In this document: in pieces, positions 38,356 to 51,800 of the stretch
How positions within the stretch are numbered: the first letter of the stretch is position 1
Layout of the letters: each line of letters starts with the position of its first letter
NCBI RefSeq assembly: GCF_009914755.1
Contig: NC_060925.1
Length of the DNA: 64,000 nucleotides
Direction: 5' to 3' (one strand)
Source: the human T2T-CHM13v2.0 reference genome, Homo sapiens
The notes under the pieces: model-generated
Told to the model about the DNA's origin: nothing
What the model saw: only the letters and a program-made list of their open reading frames with translations
Databases searched by the model: none
Made by a program: the position numbers and the translations under genes

Positions 38356-39880
38356 CTATTCTATGGTGGAAACAACCCAAATGTCCATTAACAGATGAAC
38401 GGATAAACAAAATGAGGTATATCCAAACAATGGACGATGATTCAGCCATAAACACAAAGTGAGATACTGATACATGCTACAACATAAATAAATCTCAAAA
38501 CAGTCAGGCTGAGTGAAAGAAGCCAGGTATAAAATTCTCATATTGTATTCCATTTATGTGAGATATCAAGGCTAGATAAATCCATAATGACAGGAAGGAA
38601 ATCAAGTGATTGCCAAAGGCTGGGGTAAATAAGACATGGAAAGTGACTTCTTAATGAGTACAGGAGTTTTATGGGGGTTGTGAAAATATTTTGGAACTAG
38701 ATAGAGATGATGGTAATATAACATTGCCAATGTACAAAATGCCACCAAATCATCTGCTTTAAAATGGTTAATTTTTTTGAAAATTGTTCGTATCCTTTGC
38801 CACTTTTTGATGGGGTTGTTTTTTCCTTGTAAATTTGTTTAAGTTCCTTGTAAATTCTGGATATTAGACCTTTATCAGATGGGTAGATTGCAAAAATTTC
38901 GTCCCATTCTTTAGGTTGCCTGTTCACTCTGATGATAGTTTCTTTTGCTGTGCATAAGATCTTTAGTTTAATTAGATGCCATTTGTAAATTCTGGCATTT
39001 GTTGTAATTGCTCTTGGCATTTTTGTCATGAAGTCTTTGCCCATGCCTATGTCCTGAATGGTATTATGCGGCCAACACATGTATGAAAAAAAGCTCAACA
39101 TTACTGATCATCAGAGAAATGCAAATCAAAACCACAATGAGATACCATCTCAACACCAGTCATAATGGCAATTATTAAAAAGTCAGGAAACAATAGATGC
39201 TGGCAAGCCTATGGAGAAATAGGAACACTCTTACATTGTTGGTGGAAATGTAAATTAGTTCAACCACTGTGGAAGACAGTGTGGCAATTCCTTAAGGATC
39301 TAGAACCAGAAATACCACTTGACCCAGGAATCCCATTACTGGGTATATACCCAAAGAAACATAAATCATTCTACCATAAAGACACATACACAAGTATGTT
39401 TATTGCAGCACTATTTACAATAGAAAAGACATAGAACCAACCCAAATGCCCATCATTGATAGAATGGATAAAGAAAATGTGATACATACACACCATCAAA
39501 TACTATGCAACCATAAAAAGGATGAGATCATGTCCTTTGCAGAGACATGGATGAAGCTGGAAGACATCATCCTCAGCAAATCAACACAGAAACAGAAAAC
39601 CAAATATCACATGTTTTCCCTCATAAGTGGGACTTGAACAATGAGAACACATGGACTCAGAGAGGGGAACAACATGCACCAGGGCCTGTTGGGGGGTGGG
39701 GGTAATGGGAGGGAACTTAGAGGATGGGTCAATAGGTGCAGCAAACCACCATGGCAAACGTATACCTATGTAACAAACCTGCATGTTCTGCACATGCATC
39801 CCGTTTTTTTTTTTTTTAAGAAAAAATTCTAAAAAATGGTTAATTTTCTGTTACTGAATTTTACTTTAATTAAAAAATGT
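38356..39880 (+). mobile_element. L1MB-type 3' end, interrupted at 38776-39832
   Basis: GGAAACAACCCAAATGTCCAT...TTTGGAACTAGATAGAG...TTTAAAATGGTTAATTTT. Confidence 0.75.
38776..39832 (+). mobile_element. L1PA8/8A-like 5'-truncated L1 with 5' inversion (inverted 38776-39065, sense 39066-39832)
   Basis: 15 bp TSD AAAATGGTTAATTTT at 38761-38775 and 39833-39847; the two arms are adjacent L1 ORF2 segments in opposite orientation. Confidence 0.92.
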
Positions 39881-41085
39881 ATGAACAAAAGAATCTGAAA
39901 TTGTTTTCAAGAGTTTATTTTAAAAAGAAGGCTATCATACTTTCTTATCTATTGTAAAAATAAATATAAATATTACTTTATTGTAAAACTCTTAATCTAT
40001 TATAAGAGATTCAATCTTAAAAATCACAGAATATATACAAAGCTATCATGGTAGCAAAAGGTCAATGTAGTCAGAGCATCGGAAAAGGACTCTGTGAAAT
40101 GAGCTCTAATCCAACACATTAAGGAACTGTATTACATACAGCCCTGGCTCTGGCCACCACCTAGCTTTGAGACCTTCGTTAGTCTCTTCCCTTTTTGGCA
40201 TCCCAAATTCTTCTTCTTTACCTCTTTTTGTTCCTTTCTTAAATTGACACATTGTAATTGTAGATATTTATGCAATACAAATCAATGTTCTGATAAATAT
40301 ATGTTGCATAATGTTCAAATCGGGGTTATTTAGTATATCCATCACCAAACATCTATGATTTCTTTGTGATAAGAGCATTCAAAAAACCTCTCTTATAGCT
40401 TTTTAAAAATATATAATGCTTTACTGTTAACCATCATCACCTTACTATATTGTGAAATACTAGAGCTTATTCCTCCTACTTAATTGCAACTTTGTGCCTG
40501 TTGACCAATGTCTCCCCATTCTCCCCTTCTCTCACCCTTTCCCAGTCTCTGGTGCCCATTGTTCTACTCTCTATTTCTATAATAGTTTTTTAAGGCTAAA
40601 TAGTATTCTATTGTGTATATATACCATATTTTATTTATCCACTCATCTATTATTGCATACTTGGGTCAATCCCACACCTTGGTTATTGTAAATACTGCTA
40701 CAATAATCACATGACTGCAAATGTTGCTTTGACATACCAATTTCATCTCCTTTGGATATGAACCCAGTAGTGGGATTCCTGGGTCATATGGCATTTCTAT
40801 TTTTAATTTTTTGAGAAATTTCCATGCAGATTTACATAGTGGCTGTATTAATTTCCAATCCCATGAATAGTGTGTAAGTGTTCCCTTTTCTCCACATCCT
40901 CACTAGCACTTGTTTTGTCTTTTTGATGACAGTCTTTCTAACTGGAGTAAGGTGGTACCTCAGTATAATTTTGATTTGCATTTTCCTAATGATTAGTGAT
41001 GCTGAATATTTTTTCATGTACCTGTTGGCCATTTGTATGTCTGTTTTAGAGAAATGTCTATTAAGGTTTTCTTCTCAATTTTCTT

Positions 41086-41383
41086 CTTTTTTTTTTTTTT
41101 TTGAGACGGAGTCTTGCTCTGTCGCCCAGGCTGGAGTGCAGTGCCGCGATCTTGGCTCACTGAAAGCTCCGTCTTCCGGGTTCACTCCATTCTCCTGCCT
41201 CAGCCTCCTGAGTAGCTGGGACTACAGGCGCCTGCCACCATGCCCAGCTAATTTTTTGTATTTTTAGTAGAGACGGCGTTTCACCATGTTGGCCAGGATG
41301 GTCTCAATCTCCTGACCTCGTGCTCTGCCCGCCTTGGCCTCCCAAAGTGTTGGGATTACAGGCGTGAGCCACTGCACCCGGCC
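41086..41383 (-). mobile_element. Full-length Alu (AluY/AluSc8-like)
   Basis: Dimeric Alu with AAGCTCC...GGGTTCACTCCATTCTCC; TSD CTCAATTTTCTT at 41074-41085 and 41390-41401. Confidence 0.95.
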
Positions 41384-44300
41384 GTGTTGCTCAATTTTCT
41401 TATCCAGTTATTTGTTTTTCATTGTTGAGTTGTTTAAATTCTTTATATAGTCTGTTTATTAAATCCTTCTCCCATGCAAATGTTTTCTCCCATTCTGTAA
41501 GTTATCTTTTCACTTTGTTAACTGCTTCCCTCTCTGAGCAAGCTTTTCAGTTAGATATAATCCCCATTTGTCTATTTTTGCTTTTGTTTTCTGTACTTTC
41601 GAGGCCTTATTTAAAAAATCCTTGCCCAGCCCAGCGTCATAAAGTATTTCTCCTGTTTTCTTCTAGTACTTTCATATTATAGTTTCAAGTTTTATATTTA
41701 AGTTTTTAATCCATTTTGATTTGATGTTTTGTATATGATGAGAGTTAGGAGTCTACTCACATTCTTCTGCATATAGTTATCTAATTTTCCCTGCTCCATA
41801 GATTGTCTTTTCCCAATGTGTGTTCCTGGCACCTTTGTCAAAAATCAGTTGGTTATAGGAGTGTGTAATTTATTTCTAGACTCTTGCTTCTGTTCCACTG
41901 GTTGATGTCAGATTTTATGCCAGTCCCATGCTGTGTTAGTTACTACAGCCTTGCAGTGTATTTTAAAGTCAGGTAGTGTGATTCCCCCAGCTTTGTTCTC
42001 TCTGCTCAGGACTACTTCACTGTCCAAGGTACTGTGCCTTTCCATATAAATTTTAAGATTATTTTTTTCACTTGTTCCAGTCTAAGATGGCTGAGAAGCA
42101 GCTAGTGTGTGCATCTCTCACGTAGAGGAAACAAAACGGTGAGCAAATACTAGTTCTTCAAGATGATGGTCTAAGAGATTACATTGGGATTCACTAAGAA
42201 AGTGATGGAACACATGGAAAACAGAGAAGAGTGAAGCTGGGCAGCCACCCACCTGGGACTAGCATGGAGCCAGGGGAAGCTCCATAATGTAAGGCAACAG
42301 TGAGTAAGTGAAAGTCCCTAGATAATCCACACTTCTGCAATGAATCTTTGCAATTCTGGGCACAGGATAACCTCCCTGACTCCCCCAGGGCCTCCAGATG
42401 GACACAGAGCTGCCTGGTGTCTTTCTAGGGACACCACTCAATTCCACACGGAACCCGTCAGGCCATGGATACCTGAGCAGACTAGCATCAGTTGCTGTAG
42501 CCCCAACAAGGGAGGACAGGCTCTTTTGCACATCCCTAGGATAGAGGCCACAGCAGCAGTCCTGAGGAGTGGCCAGACTATACCACATGAGACCCCCATG
42601 CCCCTGCTACTTCTTGTCATGCAAGGCTTGCTGGCTTGGGCTCCCAGTGCAGCAGCCCTGTTCCCACCTGGCCAGCGCAGGCAGTCACAGTTCTGTGTTC
42701 CTCTGGAAAGCAGCCATACTTCACGCTGCGCAACCCCCTACATCTGCTGCTCCTCACAGCACAAGGCTTGGGCTCCCAGCACAGCAGCCCCACACCTACC
42801 TGAACACTGTGGTAAGTCACAACACGCATTCCTCTGGAGCAAAATTCCCAGAGGCAACAGACAAGGCTGGGCACCTTTACATGCCCACAACAGCAAAATC
42901 CAGCATCGCCTGGGTGGGAGGGAAGTGTAAGCATGCCATGTACCCCACAGCCACCAGTCTCCACTGCCCCAGTTGCCCCTAGCCCTCCCGAATGAAAGGT
43001 TCACAGCACAGCCACACCGCTTATGCCTAAACACAGAGGCCTTCTGAAAACCAAACCCCCACAGGCCTATGATAGTCCCTTGGGTTCCAATCACATAAAC
43101 ATTCTGCTTGCTCTCACCTGAGAGATCTGCCAGTGAGCATAGAACAAGGCCACCCTCCTGATCACAGCCAGCACCTCAACTTTGGGCTGGCCTGACCACA
43201 GTCCAGTCCTTTAGGATTCATATATGCTGTCCATCAGGACGTCTAGGGGCCTGGGAACTGGAGGACTGTCTACCCTATTCCAACTCTTCTAGCACCTGAC
43301 CATTTCCTCAAGGGCTTGTGGTCAGGCCAACCTAACTAGTCGACACTACCAACACCAACATCTACTCACACAGGCCTAAAAATGAAACTACTCTCTTTAT
43401 GAGAAACAGCAATATTGCCACATCAGAGAACAGAGGATCCATAAAGTTATCTAATTCAGGCTGAGTGTTGAGGTTATGCCCTTAAACCACTCCCATGGAG
43501 AGTCGCAAAAATAGGTGTTTCCTGTGGCTCTCAACTACACTGTGGTCCAGAGACAGACTAATGCAGTACGTATCTGAACTAGGAGTCAGAGCCATGGAAC
43601 AGAGGTGTGATAGGAAAACAGATCAAGTTTGAGCCTATATAGGATGCAGAGCAAGTGCAGCCCACACATTCCCCTACAAATACCTCAACACACTTCAGCA
43701 GGAGCTCCTCCCAGTCGCCCTTCTCAGGACTAGTGCCTGTGCTCACCATCAGGGTATTTGTGGGTAACCCAGAGGCTCCAGCATTGCCCAGCTGTGTCCC
43801 TCCACCCCCCATGGAACAGGAAGCTCAGAGCTCCAGCCATTCCAAGGCTCGGCCCTTCACCTGAAACAACAGAGTACACTCCACAGTAAACAAAGATCAG
43901 TACAAACCCCCCTGCTTGTTCCACAGATGGCTCTTTCCCACAAGTGCCATCTACTGGCATGTAGGTCAAACCACATGGCTCAATACAAAACCTGCCAACA
44001 GAAGTTCACAGGGCTATACAAGCAAAGCCAAAAGACCCTACTCAACATACTCTACGGTCACACTCCTAGGGAGGAGGAAAAGAAAAAGAAAAATATATAT
44101 ACACATATGCAGAAAGTGAAAAAATCCTATTCACAAAAAAATAATTACAATAATTAGAATTGCTAACCTCTCCAGTTAAGGAACCACCATAAGAATTCTA
44201 GCACCATGAAAAATCTCAATGCTGTGACACCACCAAAAGATGACACTAGCTCTCCAGAAATGGTCTCTAACCAAAATGCAAACTAATAAATGACATATAA

Positions 44301-46624
44301 AGAATTCAAAACATGGATTACAAAGAAGCTAAGCAAGATCCAAAACAATGCTGAAAACACAAAAAAGCTTTGAAAGCAATCCAGAAAATGAAGGAAGAGA
44401 AAAATATCTTGAAAAATCAATCAGAACAATGGAAATTGAAAAACTCACTTCAAGAATTTCAAAATACAATTGAAAGCTTTATCAATAGATGAGATCAAGC
44501 AGAAGAAAGAATTTCAAAAATTGAAGCCCAGTCTTTTAAACCAACCCAGAGAAAAATAATGAAAAAAAATGTTTTAAATGAAAAGAATCTTTGAGAAATA
44601 TGGAATTATGTAAAGTGATGAAATCTATGAATTATTGGCATTCCTGAGGGAGAAGGAGAAAAATTAAACAACTTGGAAAACATATTTCAGAGAATAATTC
44701 AAGAAAATGTCCCTAATCTTGCTACAGAGGTAGCCGGATAAAAACTAATCCAGAGTACATCTGCCAAATGCTTTACAAAATGAACACTGTCAAAGAATAT
44801 TTTCACCAGACTGACTGTCCCAAGGTCAACACTAAAGCAAAAATCTTAAAGGCAGCTATGCAAAAAGGTGAGAACACATATAAAAGAAACCCCTTCAGCT
44901 AACAGTGGACATCTCATCAGAAACCTTACAAGCCAGAAGAGATTAGGGGCCTATTTTCAGCATTTTTAAGAGAAGAAATTCCAACTAAGAATTTCATATC
45001 CTGCCAAACTAAGCTTATAAGTGAAGGAGAAATAAAAATTTTTATAGATGAGAAATCACTAAGGGAATTCATTACCACTAGACAAGCCTTACAAGAGAAC
45101 CTAAAGGGAGTTCTAAACCTGGAAAGAAAACATCTGCTAACACAAAATCATGCTTAAGTACATAGCTAACAACCCCTATAAAGCAACTACTCAATACAAA
45201 CAAAACAACCAGCTAACAACTTCACAATAGGATCAAAACCTCACATGTCAATATTACCTTGAATGAAAATGGTCTGAATGCCCCCACTTAAAAGGCACAG
45301 AGTGGCAAGCTGGATTAAAAAAAAAAAAGGACCCTTCCATCCACTATCTTCAAGAAACCTAGCTCACACATAACAACACACATAGGCTCTAAGTAAATGA
45401 CTGGAGAAAGCTATATCATGCAAATAGAAAACATAAAAGAACAGAGGTCAGGTCAATGTTCTTATATCAAATAAAATAGACTTTAAACTAAAAATAGTAA
45501 AACAAATCAAAACAAAAAAGGACAAAAAAGGCACTATGTAATTTAAAAGGGTTCAATTCAACAAGAAGACTGAACTATCCTAAATTTAGAATGTACACAA
45601 TATTATAGCACCCAGATTCATAAAACAAGTACTTCTAGATCTCTGAAAAGTATTAGACAGCCAAACCAGAACAGTGGGAAACTTCAACACCCCACTGAGA
45701 GTACTAAAATGCAGATGATCAAAGAAGAAAACTAGCAAAGACATTCTGCACATAAATTTAACACTTCACCAACTGGACATAGTAGACAACTACACAACAT
45801 TCTGCCAATCAACCAAAGAATATACATCCTTCTTATCTGAACACTGAATATACTCTAAGATCAACCACATACTTGGGCATAAAACAAGTCTCAATAAATT
45901 AAAAAAAAATAAAAGTCATATCAACCATACTTTTGGGCCACAGTGGAATAAAAATAGAAATCAATACCAAGACGATCTCTCAGAACCACATAATTACATG
46001 AAAATTAAACAACTTGATCCTGAAAGACCTTAGGGCGAACAATGAAATTAAGGCAGAAATAAAAAAAATTATGTGAAATAGATGAAAAGAGAGAAAGAAC
46101 ATATAAAATTTCTGAAATGTGGTGAAAGCAGTGTTAAGAGGAATATTTATAGCAATAAACACCTACATCAAGAAGTTAGATAAGTCACAAATGAACAATC
46201 TAACATTGCATCTAGAGTATAAAATGAAAAGAAGAAACAACCACAACATAAGCGGAAAAAAAAAGAAGTAAAATCACAGCAGAGTTGAATTTCATTAAGA
46301 CCCCAAAATCTATACAAATGATCAACAAAACCAAAAGCTGTTTCTTTGAAATGATAAATGAAATCAATAGAACACTAGCTAGACTAACAAAGAAAGAAGA
46401 CAAAAAGAGCACAATCAGAAATGACAAAGGTGACATTACAACTGATCCCAAAGAAATTAAAAAAAGACCCTCAGATACTATTATAAACATCTCTATGCAA
46501 ACAAACAAGACAATCATCTATAAGAAATTGATGAATTCCTGGGAGCACACAATCTCCAAAGACTGAATCACGAAGAAATTGAAACCCTGAAAAGACAAAT
46601 ATCAAGTTCGAAAATTGAATCAGT

Positions 46625-46706
46625 TGCATGTGTACCCTAGAACTTAAAGTATAATTTAAAAAAAAAAAAGGATCTCAAAGAAAAAAAACAAAACAAAACA
46701 AAAAAA
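46625..46706 (+). mobile_element. L1PA5/6-type micro-insertion (about 30 nt of 3' end plus A-rich tail)
   Basis: TGTACCCTAGAACTTAAAGTATAAT followed by an A tail, inside ORF2 of the host L1. Confidence 0.8.
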
Positions 46707-47509
46707 CCCTGTCAACCAAAATGAGCCCTAGACCTGATGGATTCACAGCCGAATTTTACCAGATGTCCAAAGAAGAGCTGGTACCAATCCTCCTGAAATT
46801 ATTCCAAAAAATTGAGGAGGAGGGTCTCATCTCTATCTCATTCTACAAAGCCAGGATTACTGTGACACCAAAATCTGTCAAAGACACAATGAAAACAAGA
46901 AAACTGCAGGTTAATATGCATGATGAACATAGACACAAAAATCCTCAAAAAAAAATTAACAAACTGAATCCAGCTGCACATCAAAATGTTAATTGACCAT
47001 GTTCAAGTAGGCTTTATTCCTGGGATGCAGGGTTGGATCAACATATCCAAATCAATAAATGTGATTCGCCACATAAACAGAATTAAAAACAAAAATCATG
47101 TGATCATCTCAACTGACACAGAAAATGCTTTTGATAGAAACCCATATCTTTTTATGTTAAAAATACTCAACAAACTAGACATCAAAAGAGCACACATCCA
47201 AATGATAAGAGCCATCTATGACAAACCCATAGCCAGTATCATAGTGAACAAGGAAAATCTGGAACAATTCCCCTTGAGAACCAGAATGCGACAAGGATGA
47301 CCACTCTCAACACTCCTATTCAACATATTACCGGAAGTCCTAGCCAGAGCAATCAGGCAAGAGAAAGAAACAAAGGCATTCAAATAGAAAAAAAAGTCAA
47401 AATATTTCTCTTCACTGCTAATGTAATTCTATGCCTAGAAAACCCTAGATTCCACCAAAAGGCTTCTAGAACTTAAAAGGAATATCAGTAGTTTTAGGAT
47501 ATAAAATAA

Positions 47510-47818
<309 letters not shown>

Positions 47819-47888
47819 AAAAATCAGGACCATTTCTATATGTTCAAGCCAAGAGCCAAATAAATAACACAATCTCATTTGTAATAGC

Positions 47889-47916
47889 CACACACACACA
47901 CACACACACATACACA
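47889..47916. repeat. (CA)n microsatellite
   Basis: Visible directly in sequence. Confidence 0.9.
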
Positions 47917-48729
47917 AACAAACACCTAGGAATACATTTAACCAAGATGGTGAAATATCTCTGAACACTGCTGAAATAAATCATAGATGACACAAACAAA
48001 TGGAACTATATTCCATGCTCAGGTATTGTAAGAATCAAAATCTCTAAAATGGCCATAATGCCCAAAGCAAATTAAAAATCCAATGCTATTCTTATCAAAC
48101 TACCAATGTTATTTGTCACAAAATTAGAAAAAAGTACTCTAAAATTCATATGGATCCAAAAAAGCGCCTGAATAGCCAAGCAATTCTAAGCAGAAAAAGA
48201 AAGAGCCAGGGCAGAACATTACCTGACTTCAAACTACACTACAGGGCTGCAGTAACCAAAATAGCATGGTAATGGTAGAAACACAGACACATAGACCAAT
48301 GGAACAGAATAGAGAACCCAGAAATAAAGCTGCACACCTACAATCATCTAATCTTTGAAAAAGCCAACAAAAACGATGGGGACAGGACTCCCTATTCAAT
48401 AAATGGTGGTGGGATAACTGGCTATCCATATGCAGATGAATGAAACTGATCCCTACCTATCAAGTTATACAAAAATTAACTCAATATGGATTAAAGATTT
48501 AAACGTAAGACCTCAAACTATAAAAATTCTAATAGAAGAAAACCTAAGAAATACCATTCAGAACATTGGTCTTGGCAAAGAATTCATGACTAATTCATCA
48601 AAAGCAATTGCAACAAAAAACAAAAATTGACAAGTGGGACCTAATTAAACTAAAGAGCTTATGCACACCAGAAAAATAAAACTATCAACAGAGTAAACAG
48701 ACAATCTACAGGATGAAAGAAAATATTTC

Positions 48730-48841
48730 GGCTGGGCGCGGTGACTCACGCCTGTAATCCCAGCACTTTAGGAGGCTGGGGCGGATCACGAGGTCAGGAG
48801 ATCAAGACCATCCTGGCTAACATGGTGAAACCCCATCTGTA
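48730..48841 (+). mobile_element. AluY-like left arm only (3'-truncated, no tail)
   Basis: GGCTGGGCGCGGTG...GGATCACGAGGTCAGGAGATCAAGACCATCCTGGCTAAC... Confidence 0.92.
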
Positions 48842-51800
48842 TGGCCGTTATCGTGATGAGGTACATACCTTCTATACCTAATTTGTTGAGAGTTTTGATT
48901 ATGAAGCGATGTAGAATTTTCTCAAATGCTTTTTCTGAATCTATTGAAATAATGATATGATTTTATCTTTATTTTGTTGATGTGGTATATCACATTTATT
49001 GATTTGCATATGTTGAACCATCTTGTATCCCAGGGATGATTCCCACTTTATTGTAGCAGATGATGTTTTTTAATTTGCTGTTGAATTCAGTTTGCCGGTG
49101 TCTTTTTGATAATTTTTGCATCCATGTTCATCAGGAGTATTGGCTTGTAGTGTTCTTTTTGTTGTTGTGCCTTTGCCTTTGGTCAGGGTAACGCTGACCT
49201 TTTAAAAAGAGTTTGAAAGTATTCCCTCCTCTTTAATTTCTGGAAAAGTTTGAGAATAATTGGTATTAGTTCTTCTTCAAATATTGCTAGAATTCAGCAG
49301 TGAAGCTATCAAGACCTGGACTTTTTTTTCATCAAGATGTTTTATTACTGATTCAATTTACTCACTTATTGTTCTGTTCAGATTTTCTATTTTTTCATAA
49401 TTTAAACGTGCTATGTTGTATGTATTCAGGAATTTATTCATTTCGTCTAAGTTCTCAAATTTGCTGGCATACTGCTGTTCATAGGAATCTCTTATGATCC
49501 TTTGTATTTCTGTGATATCAATTGTAATGTCTCCCTTCTCATCTCTGATTTTATTTATTTGGGTCTTTCCTCTTTTTCTCTTAGTTAATCTAACATTTTG
49601 TTGATTCTGTTTATCTTTTCAAAAACCAACTCTTCATTTCATTGATTTTTAAATTTTTTTTAGTCTCTTTCATTTATTTCTCTGTGAGCTTTATTATTTC
49701 CTTCCTACTACCAATTTTGGGTTGATTGTTCTTGTTTTTCTAGTTCCTTGAGAAGCATGATTAGGTTATTCATTAGACATCCTTCCCTTTCTTGTTGTAC
49801 GTGCTTATTGCTGTGAACTTCCCTATTAGAACTGCTTTTGTTTTGTTCCATAGGTTTTGGTATTATATATTTCCATTCTTGTTTGTCTCAAGTAATTTTT
49901 AATTTACATTTTAATTTATTCATTGGCCCATTGGTTATTTGGAGGCACGTTGTTTAATTTCCATGTATTTGAAAGGTTTTCAATGGTTTTCTTGTTGATT
50001 TCTAGTTTTATAACATTGTGGTACAAAATGATACATGATATGGCATCTATTTTCTTAAATTTCATTAGACTTGTTGTGGGATCTAACATATTATTTATCC
50101 TGGAGAATGCTCCATGAGTGGTTGAGAAAAATGTGTATTCTGCAACTGTTGGATTGTTCTGTAAATGTCTATTAGGTCCATTTGGTTTCTGGTGTAGTTT
50201 TAAGTCTAATAACTATTTATTAATCTTCTGTTATGATGCTCTTTCCATTGTTAAAAGCGGGTTATTAAAGTACCTTACAATTATTGTATTGCAGACTATC
50301 TTTTCCTTTAGATCTAATAATCTTTGCTTTATGCATTTTTGTACTCCTATGTTCAGTGCATATATATTTACAATTGTTACACATTATTGAATTGCTCCCT
50401 TTATCATAATATAATGACTTTTTTCTCTCTTTACAATTTTTGATATAAAGTCGACTTTATCTGATATAAGTATGGCTACTCTTGCCTGCTTTTGGTTTCT
50501 ATTTTTCCATCCCTTCATTTTCAGCCCTGTATTGTCTTTAATGGTGAGATGAGTCTTTTATAGCAACATATAGTTGGATCTTGCTTTTTTATCCATTTAG
50601 CCACTTTATGTCTTTTCACTGGAGAATTTATTCAATTTATATTCAAGGTTATCATTGATAGGTAAGGATGTACTCCTGCCATTATATTAATCATTTTTTC
50701 ATTGTTTTGTAGATCCCTTCTTCCTTTCTTCCTCTCTAGTTATTTACTTTTGTGGTTTTGTGGTTGTCTGTGGTACTCAGATTTGTTTCCATTGTTCTAC
50801 TTCTTTGTGTATCTACCATAAATTCTTTTTTGTGGTTACCACGGGCCTAACATAAAGAGTCTTGCAGTTATAACAGACTATTTTAAGCTGATACTGCCTT
50901 AACTTTGGTCACATAAAAATACTTTAGACTTTTTTCTCCCCTCATACTATTTGTATTTTGGTTAATTTATATCTTTATATTTTGTGTGTTCCTTAAGCAC
51001 TAACTGTAGCTATTGATGTATTGATGTTTTTGACCTTTGTAGCTTTAAACCTTCATTAGAGGTTTGAAGGATTTACATAGCACCATTACAACACTTAGGG
51101 TATTCTGAGTAGCACTTACCTATACTAGTGCATTTACTACTTTTCACATGCTTTCATGATATTAATTACTGTTTTTTGTTTTGCGTAGCCCTACTTTAAG
51201 TATTTCTTGTAAGGCCAGTCTATTGATGAGAGATACTCAGTTGTTACTTGTCTGGGAAGGTCTTTAGTTCTCTTTTATTCCTGACGTATGGATATAGTAT
51301 TCTTTGCTCATGATTTTCTTCTTTCAGCACTTTGAATATATCATGCTATTCTCTGCTGGCTAGCAAGGTTTCTGCTGAGAACTCTGCTGACAATCTAATG
51401 AGGATTCTCTTATATGTGACTTCACATTCTTCTCTTTTAGATTCTGTCTCTGTCTTTGACTTAGACATTATGATTAAAATGTGCCTTAAAGAGGATTTTT
51501 TTATTGATTCTTACTAGGGACCTTTGAGCCTCCTGTATCTGAATGTCCATATCTCTCAAAAGACATGAGAAGATTCCACTATTATTTTGTTAAATAGGTC
51601 TTCTGTATCTCTCTCCATTTCTTCTTTTTCTGACACTCTATAGTGTAAATGTTTGATCACTTAATAGCGTCTCATAAGTTCTGTAGGCCTTCTTCATTCT
51701 TTTTTAATCATTCTTTTTTATCCTCTCACTATTTCAAAATCACGTCTTCAAGTTCAGGATTTCTTTCTTCTGTTTCGGCTAGTACATTGTTGACGGTCTC

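Noticed and set aside
42259-43094. Overlapping 110-196 aa ORFs and repeated GGCTTGGGCTCCCAG..CAGCAGCCC units
   Set aside because: GC-rich, internally repetitive 5'UTR of an L1PA13-16 element; the ORFs have no recognisable domain
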